Notes under the pieces: generated by a model
Database searches by the model: none
What the model saw: only the letters and a program-made list of their open reading frames with translations
Told to the model about the DNA's origin: nothing
Translations under genes and position numbers: made by a program
Part shown: positions 49,743 through 59,661 of the stretch, in pieces
How the letters are laid out: each line of letters opens with the position of its first letter
How positions within the stretch are numbered: the first letter of the stretch is position 1
Assembly: GCA_040756655.1 (NCBI GenBank)
Contig: JBFLYN010000010.1
Coordinates: 1,068-65,067, forward strand
Length of the DNA stretch: 64,000 bases
Reading direction: 5' to 3'
DNA from: Bacillota bacterium
GTDB lineage: Bacteria; Bacillota; Sulfobacillia; UBA8153

Positions 49743-50195
49743 ATGAAAGCCCGGCGGCAGGTGAAGATCCTGGAGATCATCCGGCATCATGTCGTCGAAA
49801 CGCAGGAAGAGCTGGCCAGGCACCTGCGCAGTGAGGGGCTCGACGTGACCCAGGCTACCGTTTCCCGGGACATCAAGGACTTAAACCTGGTGAAGCGTCC
49901 CACCGGCGACGGTCGCTACCGCTACTCGGTCCCGGATGATCACCAGGGCATCGGTGCTTCCGCCAAACTCAAGCGGCTCTTTGCCGACTGCTGCCTGGGC
50001 GTGGATTTTAGCGAGAACATCATCATGATCAAGACCCTTTCGGGCACCGCACCCGGTGTAGGTGAGGCGGTGGACACACTAAGAATGCCCGAGATCATCG
50101 GGTGCGTGGCCGGGGACAACACCGTGCTGGTGGTGATCCGCTCCAAGACCACCGTCCAGGACGTGGTAGAGAAGCTCAGAACGCTCATGCGCTGA
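49743..50195 (+). CDS. argR: arginine repressor
   Basis: Internal ATG with GGAGGTGGAGAG RBS; winged-helix N-terminus ELARHLRSEGLDVTQATVSRDIKDL; C-terminal oligomerisation domain GDNTVLVV. Confidence 0.85.
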   Translation: MKARRQVKILEIIRHHVVETQEELARHLRSEGLDVTQATVSRDIKDLNLVKRPTGDGRYRYSVPDDHQGIGASAKLKRLFADCCLGVDFSENIIMIKTLSGTAPGVGEAVDTLRMPEIIGCVAGDNTVLVVIRSKTTVQDVVEKLRTLMR

Positions 50196-50214
50196 TCCGG
50201 GGGGACGGGGAGTC

Positions 50215-51924
50215 TTGCTCCAGGCGCTTCACATCGAGAAACTGGCTCTCATCGACAAAGCCGAGCTGGTCTTTGGCCCGGGACTTAACGTGCTGACCGG
50301 AGAGACCGGGGCCGGCAAGTCCATGATCATCGACGCGGTAAACGTGGTACTGGGAGGACGCGCCTCCCTGGAGTTGGTGCGCACGGGAGCCGATTCCGCC
50401 CTGGTGGAAGCTATGTTTGATGTACCTGCTTGTGAGGCTGCCCGGCTGGCCCTGGACCAGCTGGGACTGCCCCGGGCCGAGAGCCTGGTGTTAAGCCGCG
50501 AAGTCCACCGCAGCGGGCGGCCGGTGGCCCGGGTAAACGGGCGCCTGGCCACCGTGGGGATGCTGCGGGAACTGGCCCAGCACCTGGTGGACATGCACGG
50601 CCAGCACGAGCACCAGTCGCTGCTCAAGCCCAGCGCCCAGCTGCAGGCCCTGGATGCGTCCGGAGGACCGGAGCTCCTGGCGGCAAGGGCTGCGTACCAG
50701 GAGCACTACCACCGCCTAAGGCAACTGGACGAGAGGTTACGGGAAGTGGCCGGGGATGCCCGGGACCGGGCCCGGCGTCTTGACCTTCTCCGCTACGAGG
50801 TGGATGAACTGGACCGGGCCGCCCTGCGCCCCGGTGAAGACCACGAACTAGCGCAAAAGCAGCGCCTTTTGGTAAATCGCGCCCGCTTGGCCGAGTCCGC
50901 GGCCGGGGCACTGGAACTCCTCTACGGCGACCAGCGGGCCGTGGCCGACCTTCTCGGTTCGGCCCGGGCGATGCTGAGCGCCGGCGGGCGCATCGACCCG
51001 GCCCTGGCGCGGCTGGCCAACAGTGTGGAGCAGTTGGGTTACCAGGTAGAGGAGATCGTCGAGGACCTGAGGCACTATAGCCGGGGGCTGGAGTTCGATC
51101 CGGGGGCGGCCCAGGAAGTGGAAGCACGGCTGGACCTACTGGCGCGGCTAAAGCGCAAGTATGGAGACAGCGTCGACGACATGCTCGCCTACCGGGAACG
51201 GGCGCTGGCCGAGCTGGTGCGCCTGGAGGGCGCCGAGGAATTGGCCGAACAGATCGAGAAGGAGCGGTCGGCTGCCAGTCGCCTGGCTGCCCGGGCCGCC
51301 CAGGAGCTCAGCCTCTTGCGCCGGCGTGCAGCCAGTGTTCTGGACCGTCAGTTGGAGGACGAGCTGGCAGAAGTGGGCATGGCAGGCACGCGGTTTGCCA
51401 CCTCCTTTGGGTACCAGGAGTACCCGGACGGCTTGGAAGTGGACGGCCGCTGCCTGGCGGCCGGGCCGTCGGGCACGGACCAAGTCGAGTTCACCATCTC
51501 GCCCAACCCCGGTGAGCCGCTACGCAGCCTGGCCAAGATCGCCTCCGGTGGGGAGCTGTCCCGTATTATGCTGGCCTTGCGGACCATCCTGGCCCGGGCC
51601 GACCAGGTGCCTACTCTCATTTTTGACGAAATCGACGCTGGTGTAGGTGGACGCACCGCTGGCGTGGTGGCGGAGAAACTTGCCCGGCTGGGCGCCAGCC
51701 GGCAGGTGCTGTGCGTTACCCATCTTGCTCACATTGCCGCCCGGGCCGACCGTCACTTGCTGGTACAAAAACACGTGGAAGGCCAGCGGACGTCCACCAG
51801 CGTGGCGGCGCTCACCGAAGCAGAGCGTCCGGCTGAACTGGCCCGCATGCTAGGGGTGGAATACACCGGTGCTGGAGCCGAACATGCCCGTGAACTCCTA
51901 GCGCGCAGCCGTCAAGTTATGTAG
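50215..51924 (+). CDS. recN: DNA repair protein RecN
   Basis: Walker A GETGAGKS, long coiled-coil, C-terminal ABC signature ASGGELSRIMLAL. Confidence 0.9.
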   Translation: MLQALHIEKLALIDKAELVFGPGLNVLTGETGAGKSMIIDAVNVVLGGRASLELVRTGADSALVEAMFDVPACEAARLALDQLGLPRAESLVLSREVHRSGRPVARVNGRLATVGMLRELAQHLVDMHGQHEHQSLLKPSAQLQALDASGGPELLAARAAYQEHYHRLRQLDERLREVAGDARDRARRLDLLRYEVDELDRAALRPGEDHELAQKQRLLVNRARLAESAAGALELLYGDQRAVADLLGSARAMLSAGGRIDPALARLANSVEQLGYQVEEIVEDLRHYSRGLEFDPGAAQEVEARLDLLARLKRKYGDSVDDMLAYRERALAELVRLEGAEELAEQIEKERSAASRLAARAAQELSLLRRRAASVLDRQLEDELAEVGMAGTRFATSFGYQEYPDGLEVDGRCLAAGPSGTDQVEFTISPNPGEPLRSLAKIASGGELSRIMLALRTILARADQVPTLIFDEIDAGVGGRTAGVVAEKLARLGASRQVLCVTHLAHIAARADRHLLVQKHVEGQRTSTSVAALTEAERPAELARMLGVEYTGAGAEHARELLARSRQVM

Positions 51925-51939
51925 CATGGCGACTCAGGG

Positions 51940-51965
51940 CGGGGCTGTGCCCCGTTTTATATTTT
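51940..51965 (+). terminator. rho-independent terminator after recN
   Basis: cggggc-tgt-gccccg hairpin followed by ttttatatttt. Confidence 0.55.
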
Positions 51966-52112
51966 ATGCAGGGAATTTCTTGATGACCGGCTGACAGGAC
52001 GACCTGAACATGCCAGGTCTTTTATGTTAATGCGGCAGGATACGCCCGGTGTTGCACGGGCAATTTAAACCCGGAGGTGAAAGCAACAAGACAACAAAAG
52101 GAGGACATCTGG

Positions 52113-53441
52113 TTGACGGACGAACGCAGGCTCAAGCGCAAGCTGGCCGGCCTCGTACTTGCGACCATCGTCATTGCCATCACCACCAGCGTGCCCTTTC
52201 GCACACTGGTAAGCTTGCCGGATGCCATACGGATCTCTTCTGGCCAAGAGCACGTGTTCGGCCTGGACCTGCCGCTGGTTAGAGCCCACTGTGACCAGCA
52301 AGGATTTTTGGCCACTGAAGGCTGGCCGCTGGTGATCAAACCAGCGGCCGCAGGGCAATATACCGTGGAGTTTAGGTTGTTTGGGCTGATCCCGTTGCGG
52401 CGGGTGGCCGTGGAAGTGGTGCCACCCATCTACGTGGTGCCGGGTGGTCATTCCATCGGGGTGCTCTTGCATTCTCACGGCGTCATCGTCAGCAGCGTGT
52501 CGACGGTCACCGACCAGCAGGGCCGCGTGTTCCGTCCCGCCAAGGATGCCGGTCTGGTTGCGGGAGACTTGATCCTGTTGGTAGATGGGCAGCCCGTGCG
52601 CAGCGATGAGCAGCTGGCCGAACTAGTGCACCGGGCCGGAGTCGCCCGGGGCGCTGTAGAACTGGAAGTGCAAAAGCGCGACGGGCGGGTTATCAGGCGT
52701 ACGGTTACACCTGTGCGGTGTGGTACCACCGATCGCTTCCGGATAGGCATCTGGGTGCGCGACACTGCGGCCGGAGTCGGGACACTGACGTTTTACGAAC
52801 CAGAGAGCGGCCTGTTTGCAGCACTGGGGCATGTGGTCACCGACCATGACACGGGACAGCCCGTGAACATCGTGGCCGGGCGGGTGGTACGGTCCACGGT
52901 CACCGGCGTGGAAGCGGGAAGGCGGGGACACCCTGGCGAGATCATCGGAGCCTTCGTAGAAGAGACTGATTTGATGGGCTCCATCGTGAAAAACAGCCAG
53001 GTGGGGATCGTGGGCATGCTCGATACACCTATTAGCAACCCGTACTTCCCAAAACCTATACCAGTAGCCATGAGCCGGGAGGTCAGGACCGGGCCTGTAG
53101 AGATTCTCACGGTAGTAGAGGGCCGGAACATCAAGAAATTCTCGGCAGAAATCGTGGAAATTCGACGCGATCCCCTACCTTACGGCAGGCTGGTCATCAG
53201 AGTGACCGACGAAGAGCTCATAAAGCGTACCGGGGGCATCGTGCAGGGCATGAGCGGCAGCCCAATGGTGCAAGACGGGAAACTGGTGGGAGCAGTCACC
53301 CACGTGTTGGTGAGCGATCCCACGCGGGGGTACGGTGTAAGCGCGGAGTGGATGGTCATAGAAGCCGGCTTGGACAAAATAATGCGACGGGTCGGAGCCC
53401 TGGGGTCTCCGGCCCTGTTGTTATCGAAACTTGTTGTGTGA
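52113..53441 (+). CDS. spoIVB: SpoIVB peptidase (S55, PDZ domain), sporulation signalling protease
   Basis: TTG start after AAAGGAGGACATCTGG RBS; PDZ region and catalytic Ser context QGMSGSPMVQDGKLVGAVTHV. Confidence 0.85.
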   Translation: MTDERRLKRKLAGLVLATIVIAITTSVPFRTLVSLPDAIRISSGQEHVFGLDLPLVRAHCDQQGFLATEGWPLVIKPAAAGQYTVEFRLFGLIPLRRVAVEVVPPIYVVPGGHSIGVLLHSHGVIVSSVSTVTDQQGRVFRPAKDAGLVAGDLILLVDGQPVRSDEQLAELVHRAGVARGAVELEVQKRDGRVIRRTVTPVRCGTTDRFRIGIWVRDTAAGVGTLTFYEPESGLFAALGHVVTDHDTGQPVNIVAGRVVRSTVTGVEAGRRGHPGEIIGAFVEETDLMGSIVKNSQVGIVGMLDTPISNPYFPKPIPVAMSREVRTGPVEILTVVEGRNIKKFSAEIVEIRRDPLPYGRLVIRVTDEELIKRTGGIVQGMSGSPMVQDGKLVGAVTHVLVSDPTRGYGVSAEWMVIEAGLDKIMRRVGALGSPALLLSKLVV

Positions 53442-53523
53442 TTTGCTCTACCACCAAGAAGGATAGGTTCTCTTGTACAGCGAATGATTTTGGGCACATC
53501 TGGAAACGAAAGGGGCAATCTCG

Positions 53524-54276
53524 ATGTCCATTCGAGTCATGATAGCTGATGACAACCGGGAGTTTTGCAGCATTCTCAACCAGTACATTAGCAGCCAGCC
53601 GGACCTTGAAGTTGCGGCGGTGGCCCACAACGGCACCGAGGCACTCGAGATCCTGGACAAGGCCCAACCCGACGTGATGCTCCTGGATATCATCATGCCG
53701 CACCTGGATGGCATCGGCGTGTTGGAACGACTGAACCAAAGAGATAGGCGCCCCAAGGTGGTGATGCTCACGGCTTTTGGCCAGGAGACTATTACCCAGA
53801 GAGTGGTGGGGATGGGCGCTGACTACTATATTCTCAAACCCTTTGACCTCGAAGTGCTGGCCAACCGCATCCGGCAGCTTTGCAACCAACCTGCGGTGGC
53901 CAAGCCCCGGGTAGTCAAGGCCCGCAGCCTGGACCTGGATGTGACTCACCTCATACATGAGATCGGTATCCCCGCTCACATCAAAGGCTATCTTTACCTG
54001 AGGGAAGCCATCCTGATGGTAGTAGCACGGTACGATTTGCTGTCTGCAGTCACCAAGGAACTCTATCCTTCCATTGCCGCCAAGTACCAGACAACCCCCA
54101 GCCGCGTGGAGCGGGCCATTCGCCATGCCATAGAAGTCGCCTGGAACCGCGGAAGCCTGGAGGTCATCAACAGCCTCTTTGGGCATACCGTCAGCCAGGA
54201 GCGGGGCAAACCCACCAACTCCGAGTTCATAGCCATGGTGGCCGACAAGCTGCGCATGGAATCCCGGGCCAGCTAG
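53524..54276 (+). CDS. spo0A: sporulation master regulator Spo0A
   Basis: Receiver domain [14 protein letters not shown]...D; Spo0A-specific C-terminal 0A-box-binding domain ([27 protein letters not shown]). Confidence 0.9.
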   Translation: MSIRVMIADDNREFCSILNQYISSQPDLEVAAVAHNGTEALEILDKAQPDVMLLDIIMPHLDGIGVLERLNQRDRRPKVVMLTAFGQETITQRVVGMGADYYILKPFDLEVLANRIRQLCNQPAVAKPRVVKARSLDLDVTHLIHEIGIPAHIKGYLYLREAILMVVARYDLLSAVTKELYPSIAAKYQTTPSRVERAIRHAIEVAWNRGSLEVINSLFGHTVSQERGKPTNSEFIAMVADKLRMESRAS

Positions 54277-54338
54277 GCCAGTTTTTCTGCATAGCTGCAA
54301 GAAGGCCCCTCCATACTACGTGATGGAGGGGAATTGCT

Positions 54339-55460
54339 TTGCCCATCGTGGGACGGGTGCGCAAGGACAGCCGTACCAAGCGGCTCATCTCCCGCTTGTT
54401 CCCGGGGGACATTGCCCTTTTGGATCACGAAGACCTGGATGAAGTTGCCGCCCGGGAACTGGTCTCGCGCCGGGTGGCAGCCGTGTTGAACGTAAAGTCC
54501 TCCCTGACGTGCCGCTACCCCAATCCCGGCCCCCAGGTGCTCCTGGACGCCGGCATCCCCCAGATCGACCAGCTGGGCCCAGAGCTCCTGGAACGCCTGG
54601 CCGACGGCGACCGGGTGAGCATCAACCGGGGTCAAGTCATCAAGTCCGGCCAGGTCATCGCCAGGGGTCGCCGGTTGAACCCCAGGATAGTCCAGGAAGC
54701 CATGATGCAAAGCCGTGCCAACCTCACGGCGGAACTCGAAAGTTTCCTGGAAAACACCCTGGAGCATGCGTGGAAAGAAAGGGCGCTAATCCTCGGGGGG
54801 ATGGACATTCCGGACGGTATTGGTAGCTTCCGCCACCGCCATGCACTGGTGGTGGTGAGGGGGCAAAACTACCGGGAAGACCTGGCCATGATCCGTCCTT
54901 ACGTCGGCGAGATGCGCCCGGTGCTGGTGGGAGTGGACGGCGGCGCCGACGCGCTTCTGGAAGTCGGCCTGGTGCCCGAATACATCGTGGGCGACATGGA
55001 CAGTGTCAGCGACCGGGCACTCCGGTCGGGCGCCTGCCTCGTGGTGCATGCCTACCCGGACGGCCGGGCACCGGCCAGATCTCGCCTGCAGGAACTCGGC
55101 TTGGATCACCTGGTAGTGGCGGCCCCGGGTACCAGCGAGGACGTGGCCTTGATGATCTGCTATGAGCGGGAAGCTGAACTCATCGTGGCCGTGGGCACCC
55201 ACTCCAATATCGTGGACTTTTTGGAGAAGGGGCGCCCGGGCATGGCCAGCACTTTCCTGGTCCGCCTCAAGGTGGGTTCCATCCTAGTGGATGCCCGGGG
55301 TATCAACCGCCTGTACCGGGGGCGCTTGCGTGCTCGCTATTTTCTGGAAGTGCTGGCTGCCAGCCTGGTCCCGGCGGCGGTGGTGGCCAGTATAGGCGCT
55401 CCATCGCGCAACTTGATGAGGTTGGTATTCCTCAGGCTGCGGCTATGGCTGGGCCTGTGA
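54339..55460 (+). CDS. SteA-like protein (thiamine-pyrophosphokinase-like domain, putative cytokinetic-ring-associated)
   Basis: N-terminal GRVRKDSRTKRLISRLFPGDIALLDHEDLDEVAARELV...YPNPGPQVLLDAGIP resembles the actinobacterial SteA family as recalled; C-terminal TM segment. Confidence 0.5.
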   Translation: MPIVGRVRKDSRTKRLISRLFPGDIALLDHEDLDEVAARELVSRRVAAVLNVKSSLTCRYPNPGPQVLLDAGIPQIDQLGPELLERLADGDRVSINRGQVIKSGQVIARGRRLNPRIVQEAMMQSRANLTAELESFLENTLEHAWKERALILGGMDIPDGIGSFRHRHALVVVRGQNYREDLAMIRPYVGEMRPVLVGVDGGADALLEVGLVPEYIVGDMDSVSDRALRSGACLVVHAYPDGRAPARSRLQELGLDHLVVAAPGTSEDVALMICYEREAELIVAVGTHSNIVDFLEKGRPGMASTFLVRLKVGSILVDARGINRLYRGRLRARYFLEVLAASLVPAAVVASIGAPSRNLMRLVFLRLRLWLGL

Positions 55461-55479
55461 GTCGGGAGGTGAAAATCCG

Positions 55480-56271
55480 GTGTTCGACCTGAGGCACTTT
55501 GTGGTAGCCCTGGCGGCAGTCTTCTTATCCCTGGGCCTGGGGTTGTTCATCGGGGCCAACCTCCCGCCCGAAGAAGGGCTGGCCGCCCGCCAGGAAGCGC
55601 TCATCAGCAAGCTGGAGGCCGAGTTTGCCACCTTGCGCGCGGAAAATCGTTACCTCAATACCAGGCTCACTACCCTCCAAGAGCTGGACGAAGCCAACCG
55701 GGCACTGGAGGAGGCCTTGGCCGCCCTGCTCCTGGAGGGGCAGCTGGGAGGGCTCCGCGTGGTCGTGGTACAAACATCCCAGGATGCCCCGGCCGCCAGC
55801 GCCGTCCGCACGCTTGAACTGGCCGGGGCGGATGTGGCGTGGCTGCGACCTCCCTTCGCGTCGCCTCCGGCAGGAGATCTCCTGGCCCGGGCGGTGCTGG
55901 CCCGGTCACCGGAACTGGCTGGCCTGGAGCTGGTGAGCGGGGGGCTGGATCACCCGGTGGACGCGGTGGTGGTGGCCGGGGGAGCCAGTCGCCAGGGCCG
56001 CCTGTACACGGCCGACGTGGAGCTTCCTCTCATCACCACCCTGGTTGACGCCGGGCTCTCGGTAGTCGGCGTCCAGCAATACGATGCCTGGCAGTCGTCT
56101 CTCCCCGCTTTCCGGGAACGGCAACTGGCTACCGTAAGCCACGTGGACCGGCTGCCCGGTCAACTGGCCCTCGTCTACTTGCTCTGCAGTCCAAACCACC
56201 ACGGCGCATTCGGCCTGGGCGCTTTTGAGACCATCTGGCCCGAGCTTTCCTTCCTGCGGGTAACGCCGTGA
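55480..56271 (+). CDS. membrane-anchored coiled-coil protein, possible SteA partner / copper-transporter-like family
   Basis: N-terminal TM helix, coiled-coil segment, proline-rich region; immediately follows the steA-like gene. Confidence 0.3.
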   Translation: MFDLRHFVVALAAVFLSLGLGLFIGANLPPEEGLAARQEALISKLEAEFATLRAENRYLNTRLTTLQELDEANRALEEALAALLLEGQLGGLRVVVVQTSQDAPAASAVRTLELAGADVAWLRPPFASPPAGDLLARAVLARSPELAGLELVSGGLDHPVDAVVVAGGASRQGRLYTADVELPLITTLVDAGLSVVGVQQYDAWQSSLPAFRERQLATVSHVDRLPGQLALVYLLCSPNHHGAFGLGAFETIWPELSFLRVTP

Positions 56272-56927
56272 GGCCGGCGGTCTCCATTATCGTGCCGGCG
56301 CGGGACGAAGCCCGCCGGCTGGACCAGACGCTCCGTGCCCTGCAGGGGTTGGGAGAGATCATCGTGGTGGACGACTGTTCCCGGGATGACACCGCCGAGG
56401 TGGCCCGGGCGCTGGGTGCCACGGTGATCGCGCGGCAGGATCGCCCCGGGAAAGGACGGGCACTCCAGGCGGGGTTGGGCGAGGCTAGTGGAGAGGTAGT
56501 AGCCTTCGTCGACGCCGACCTGGGAGACTGCGCCGGCGAGATCGTCCGGCTGGTGGACACGGTGACCAGCGGCCACTGCGACCTGGCGGTGGCGAAAGTT
56601 AGGACTACCGGCCGGGGAGGGCTGGGGACGGTGGTAGGCCTAACCCGGTGGTTGTTGAGGCGGATGGGGGTCCCACCGGTGACCAATCCCCTATCCGGGC
56701 AAAGGGCGGTTACCCGCCGGGCGCTGCCTTCTCTCCTCCCGCTGTCGCCCGGGTGGGGCGCGGAAGCGGCCATGCTGGTAGATGGCCACCGGGCGGGCCT
56801 AGTGATCCGAGAGGTGCCCACGAGCATGGTGCACCGGGGGACCGGGTGGGGGTGGCGGGGCATTACGCACCGGGCGTACCAGTGCCGGGATATCCTGGTG
56901 GCCCTGGCCGCCCGGGTGCGCCCGTGA
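56268..56927 (+). CDS. glycosyltransferase family 2 (Dpm1/GpgS-like, soluble)
   Basis: GT-A motifs SIIVPARDE...DDCSRDDT...FVDADL. Confidence 0.65.
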   Translation: MRPAVSIIVPARDEARRLDQTLRALQGLGEIIVVDDCSRDDTAEVARALGATVIARQDRPGKGRALQAGLGEASGEVVAFVDADLGDCAGEIVRLVDTVTSGHCDLAVAKVRTTGRGGLGTVVGLTRWLLRRMGVPPVTNPLSGQRAVTRRALPSLLPLSPGWGAEAAMLVDGHRAGLVIREVPTSMVHRGTGWGWRGITHRAYQCRDILVALAARVRP

Positions 56928-57715
56928 CTGCGGCTGCGTTCTCGTTGGTCATCACCGCCCTCATCCTGCCCACTTTCATTCGCCTGACTTCCCATGTCCG
57001 CCTGGCCCGGGTTAACTTCACCGGGCGCACCCTGCCGTCTGGCACTGGACTGGCCGTGGTGATGGGCGCCGGAACTGGAACGTTGCTGGCCACCCTGGCG
57101 GGCGACTACTGCCCGGACCTGGCCCTGGCGCTCTTGGTGGTGCTGGCCGGGTTCGGCCTTGTGGGCCTGGTGGACGACGTGGCCGGGGAGGTGGGTATCA
57201 AGGGGTGGAAGGGGCATCTGCGGAGCCTCCTGGAGGAGGCACGCCTGACCACCGGGGGGCTTAAGGTTCTGTTTGGAGTGGTGGTCGCCCTAACCGTAGC
57301 CGTGTTTGTGGGAGGCAACCGGCTGGATGTGGGCATCAACGCCGGGCTCATGGCAGTGGGTGCGGCCACTCTCAACCAGCTGGATACCAAGCCGGCCCGG
57401 GCTGTCGCTGGTTTTTTGGCCTTTACCGCCTTGGCTGCCCTGGCGGGCGGTACCGCTGTGCTACGGGCGGCTGCCCCGGTGGTGGGAGCCGTGCTGGCCT
57501 ACCTGCCCTACGACGCCGGGGCCCGGGCCATGCTGGGAGACAGCGGCTCCAACCCACTGGGGGCGGCACTGGGACTGGCGCTGGTCCGGTTGCCGCTGCC
57601 AGTTCGCGTGGCGGCCCTGGCCATACTGGTGGTCCTGCACGTGGCCGGCGAAGTGACGTCCCTCGACCGCCTTCTCGCCGCCGGAGCGCCGGGCAGGGAA
57701 GGTGGGCAGGGATAG
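56924..57715 (+). CDS. glycosyltransferase family 4 (MraY/WecA-like) polytopic membrane protein, short form
   Basis: GTGA overlap with the GT2 gene; polyprenyl-phosphate sugar-1-P transferase motif LVGLVDDVAG; multiple TM helices. Confidence 0.5.
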   Translation: MTAAAFSLVITALILPTFIRLTSHVRLARVNFTGRTLPSGTGLAVVMGAGTGTLLATLAGDYCPDLALALLVVLAGFGLVGLVDDVAGEVGIKGWKGHLRSLLEEARLTTGGLKVLFGVVVALTVAVFVGGNRLDVGINAGLMAVGAATLNQLDTKPARAVAGFLAFTALAALAGGTAVLRAAAPVVGAVLAYLPYDAGARAMLGDSGSNPLGAALGLALVRLPLPVRVAALAILVVLHVAGEVTSLDRLLAAGAPGREGGQG

Positions 57716-57742
57716 CGAAGAGTACGGGCAGGAGGGATCCTC

Positions 57743-59464
57743 ATGCCCGTCAGGCGGGAGCGGGAACTGGAAGTCATCCTCAACTCCACCCACGATGGGA
57801 TGATCGCGGTGGATGCCGCCGGGATCATCACCCTTTTCAACGCCGCCGCCGAACGCCTCATTGGGGTCACCCGCGACCAGGCGCTGGGGAGGCCGGCTTC
57901 TGAGGTAATCCCCAACACCCGCTTGTACGAGGTGCTGCGTACTGGTGAGCCCGAACTCAACCGCCAGCAGGACATGGGGAATGTCACTATCATCACCAAC
58001 CGGGTGCCCGTGCGAGACGAAGCGGGTCAGGTGGTAGGTGCGGTCGCCGTGTTCAGGGACATTACGGAAGTGCGCAGCCTGGCCGAACAGATCACCAACC
58101 TAACCCAAGTGCAGTCGCTATTGGAGTCCATCATCAACTCCACCCAGGATGCCATCTCCGTGGTGGACGCCCACGGGAACGGGCTGCTCATCAACCCGGC
58201 TTACACCCGCATAACCGGACTGACCGAGGCCGACGTCATCGGCAAGCCCGCCACGGTGGATATTGCCGAGGGTGAAAGCATGCACCTGCAGGTCTTGCGC
58301 ACCCGGCGGCCGGTGCGGGGTGTGCCCATGAAAGTGGGTCCCCGCCGCCGCGAAGTAGTGGTCAATGTGGCCCCCATTATGGTGGCCGGGGAGCTCAAGG
58401 GCTCGGTGGGGGTCATTCACGACGTCTCGGAGATCACCCGCCTTTCTGAGGAACTAGAGCGGGTCAAGCGGCTGGTCAGAAGGCTGGAGGCCAAGTACAC
58501 GTTCGACGAGGTTGTGGCCGTAAGCCAGGTCATGCGGACCGCCGTGGAACAGGCGCGGCGGGCGGCTGAAACCCCGGTCACCGTGCTCTTACGGGGAGAA
58601 AGCGGCACTGGCAAGGAGTTGTTCGCCCACGCCATCCACAACGCCAGCCGGCGGGCCGGGGGCCCACTGGTGCGGGTAAATTGCGCCGCCCTCTCCGAGT
58701 CATTGCTGGAAAGCCAGCTTTTTGGTTACGTGGAGGGCGCCTTTACCGGGGCCCGGCGTGGTGGGCGGCGCGGGTTGTTTGAAGAGGCCGCCGGGGGCAC
58801 GATCTTCCTGGACGAAGTGGGGCTCATGAATCTCAACCTCCAGACCAAGCTATTGCGGGTGCTCCAGGAACGCGAGGTAGTACGCGTGGGCGATACCCAG
58901 CCTTTGCCAGTGGACGTGCGTGTCATCGCCGCCACCAACACCCAGCTGGAACGAGCCGTGGCCGCCGGGGAGTTCCGGGAAGATCTGTACTACCGCCTCA
59001 ACGTGGTTCCCATCTTCATCCCACCCTTGCGCCAGCGACGTGAGGATCTCCCGCTGCTGGCCCACCACCTGATCCGCAAGCTCAACCAGGAGTACGGGCG
59101 GAACGTGGAAAGCCTTTCCCCTCAGGCGCTCCAGAATCTTCTGGCCTACCACTGGCCGGGCAACGTGCGCGAGCTCGAGAATGTCCTGGGCCGGGCCATG
59201 ATCAACATGACCTACTGCCAGGACTGCCTGGAGGCCGGCCATCTACCTCCCCTGGAAAGCCCCGGGGGCCAGGGCGAGCCCCGGGGCAGGCCTCCTGGGG
59301 TAGTGACCCTGGAGCGGGCAGTGGAGGATGCGGAGCGGCAGGCGGTAACGGCTGCCCTGTCCGCAGCCGGGGGCAACAAGGCCCTGGCCGCACGCTTGCT
59401 GGGCATCGCCCCCCGCACCCTGTACTACAAGCTGGAACGCTTGGGCCTGATGCGACCGTCCTGA
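57743..59464 (+). CDS. bkdR: sigma-54-dependent transcriptional activator with two PAS domains (BkdR-like)
   Basis: AAA+ sigma-54 interaction domain [15 protein letters not shown] with GAFTGA-like loop (here [10 protein letters not shown]) and ESQLFGY; C-terminal Fis-type HTH; two N-terminal PAS domains; followed by a -24/-12 promoter. Confidence 0.8.
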   Translation: MPVRRERELEVILNSTHDGMIAVDAAGIITLFNAAAERLIGVTRDQALGRPASEVIPNTRLYEVLRTGEPELNRQQDMGNVTIITNRVPVRDEAGQVVGAVAVFRDITEVRSLAEQITNLTQVQSLLESIINSTQDAISVVDAHGNGLLINPAYTRITGLTEADVIGKPATVDIAEGESMHLQVLRTRRPVRGVPMKVGPRRREVVVNVAPIMVAGELKGSVGVIHDVSEITRLSEELERVKRLVRRLEAKYTFDEVVAVSQVMRTAVEQARRAAETPVTVLLRGESGTGKELFAHAIHNASRRAGGPLVRVNCAALSESLLESQLFGYVEGAFTGARRGGRRGLFEEAAGGTIFLDEVGLMNLNLQTKLLRVLQEREVVRVGDTQPLPVDVRVIAATNTQLERAVAAGEFREDLYYRLNVVPIFIPPLRQRREDLPLLAHHLIRKLNQEYGRNVESLSPQALQNLLAYHWPGNVRELENVLGRAMINMTYCQDCLEAGHLPPLESPGGQGEPRGRPPGVVTLERAVEDAERQAVTAALSAAGGNKALAARLLGIAPRTLYYKLERLGLMRPS

Positions 59465-59602
59465 TCCCTGCAATTGGTTGCCTGCAAGAAGATGCAGAGC
59501 CGCGCAGAAACGTGCAGGCGAGGCGAGGGCACCTCCCGGAGGGAGGCGCCCTTTTTCGCGCCGGTGCTGGTGGACTTCCAAGCCAGGACCGCAGGAAAGT
59601 CC

Positions 59603-59618
59603 CGGCATGACTCTTGCT
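59603..59618 (+). promoter_or_regulatory. sigma-54 (-24/-12) promoter
   Basis: cGGCATGactcTTGCTa matches TGGCAC-N5-TTGCW; 44 nt upstream of the leucine dehydrogenase start; downstream of a sigma-54 activator. Confidence 0.65.
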
Positions 59619-59661
59619 ACAGGCAGAGTGAGTAGCAAGGCGAGGAGGAGGTGGGCCGGTT

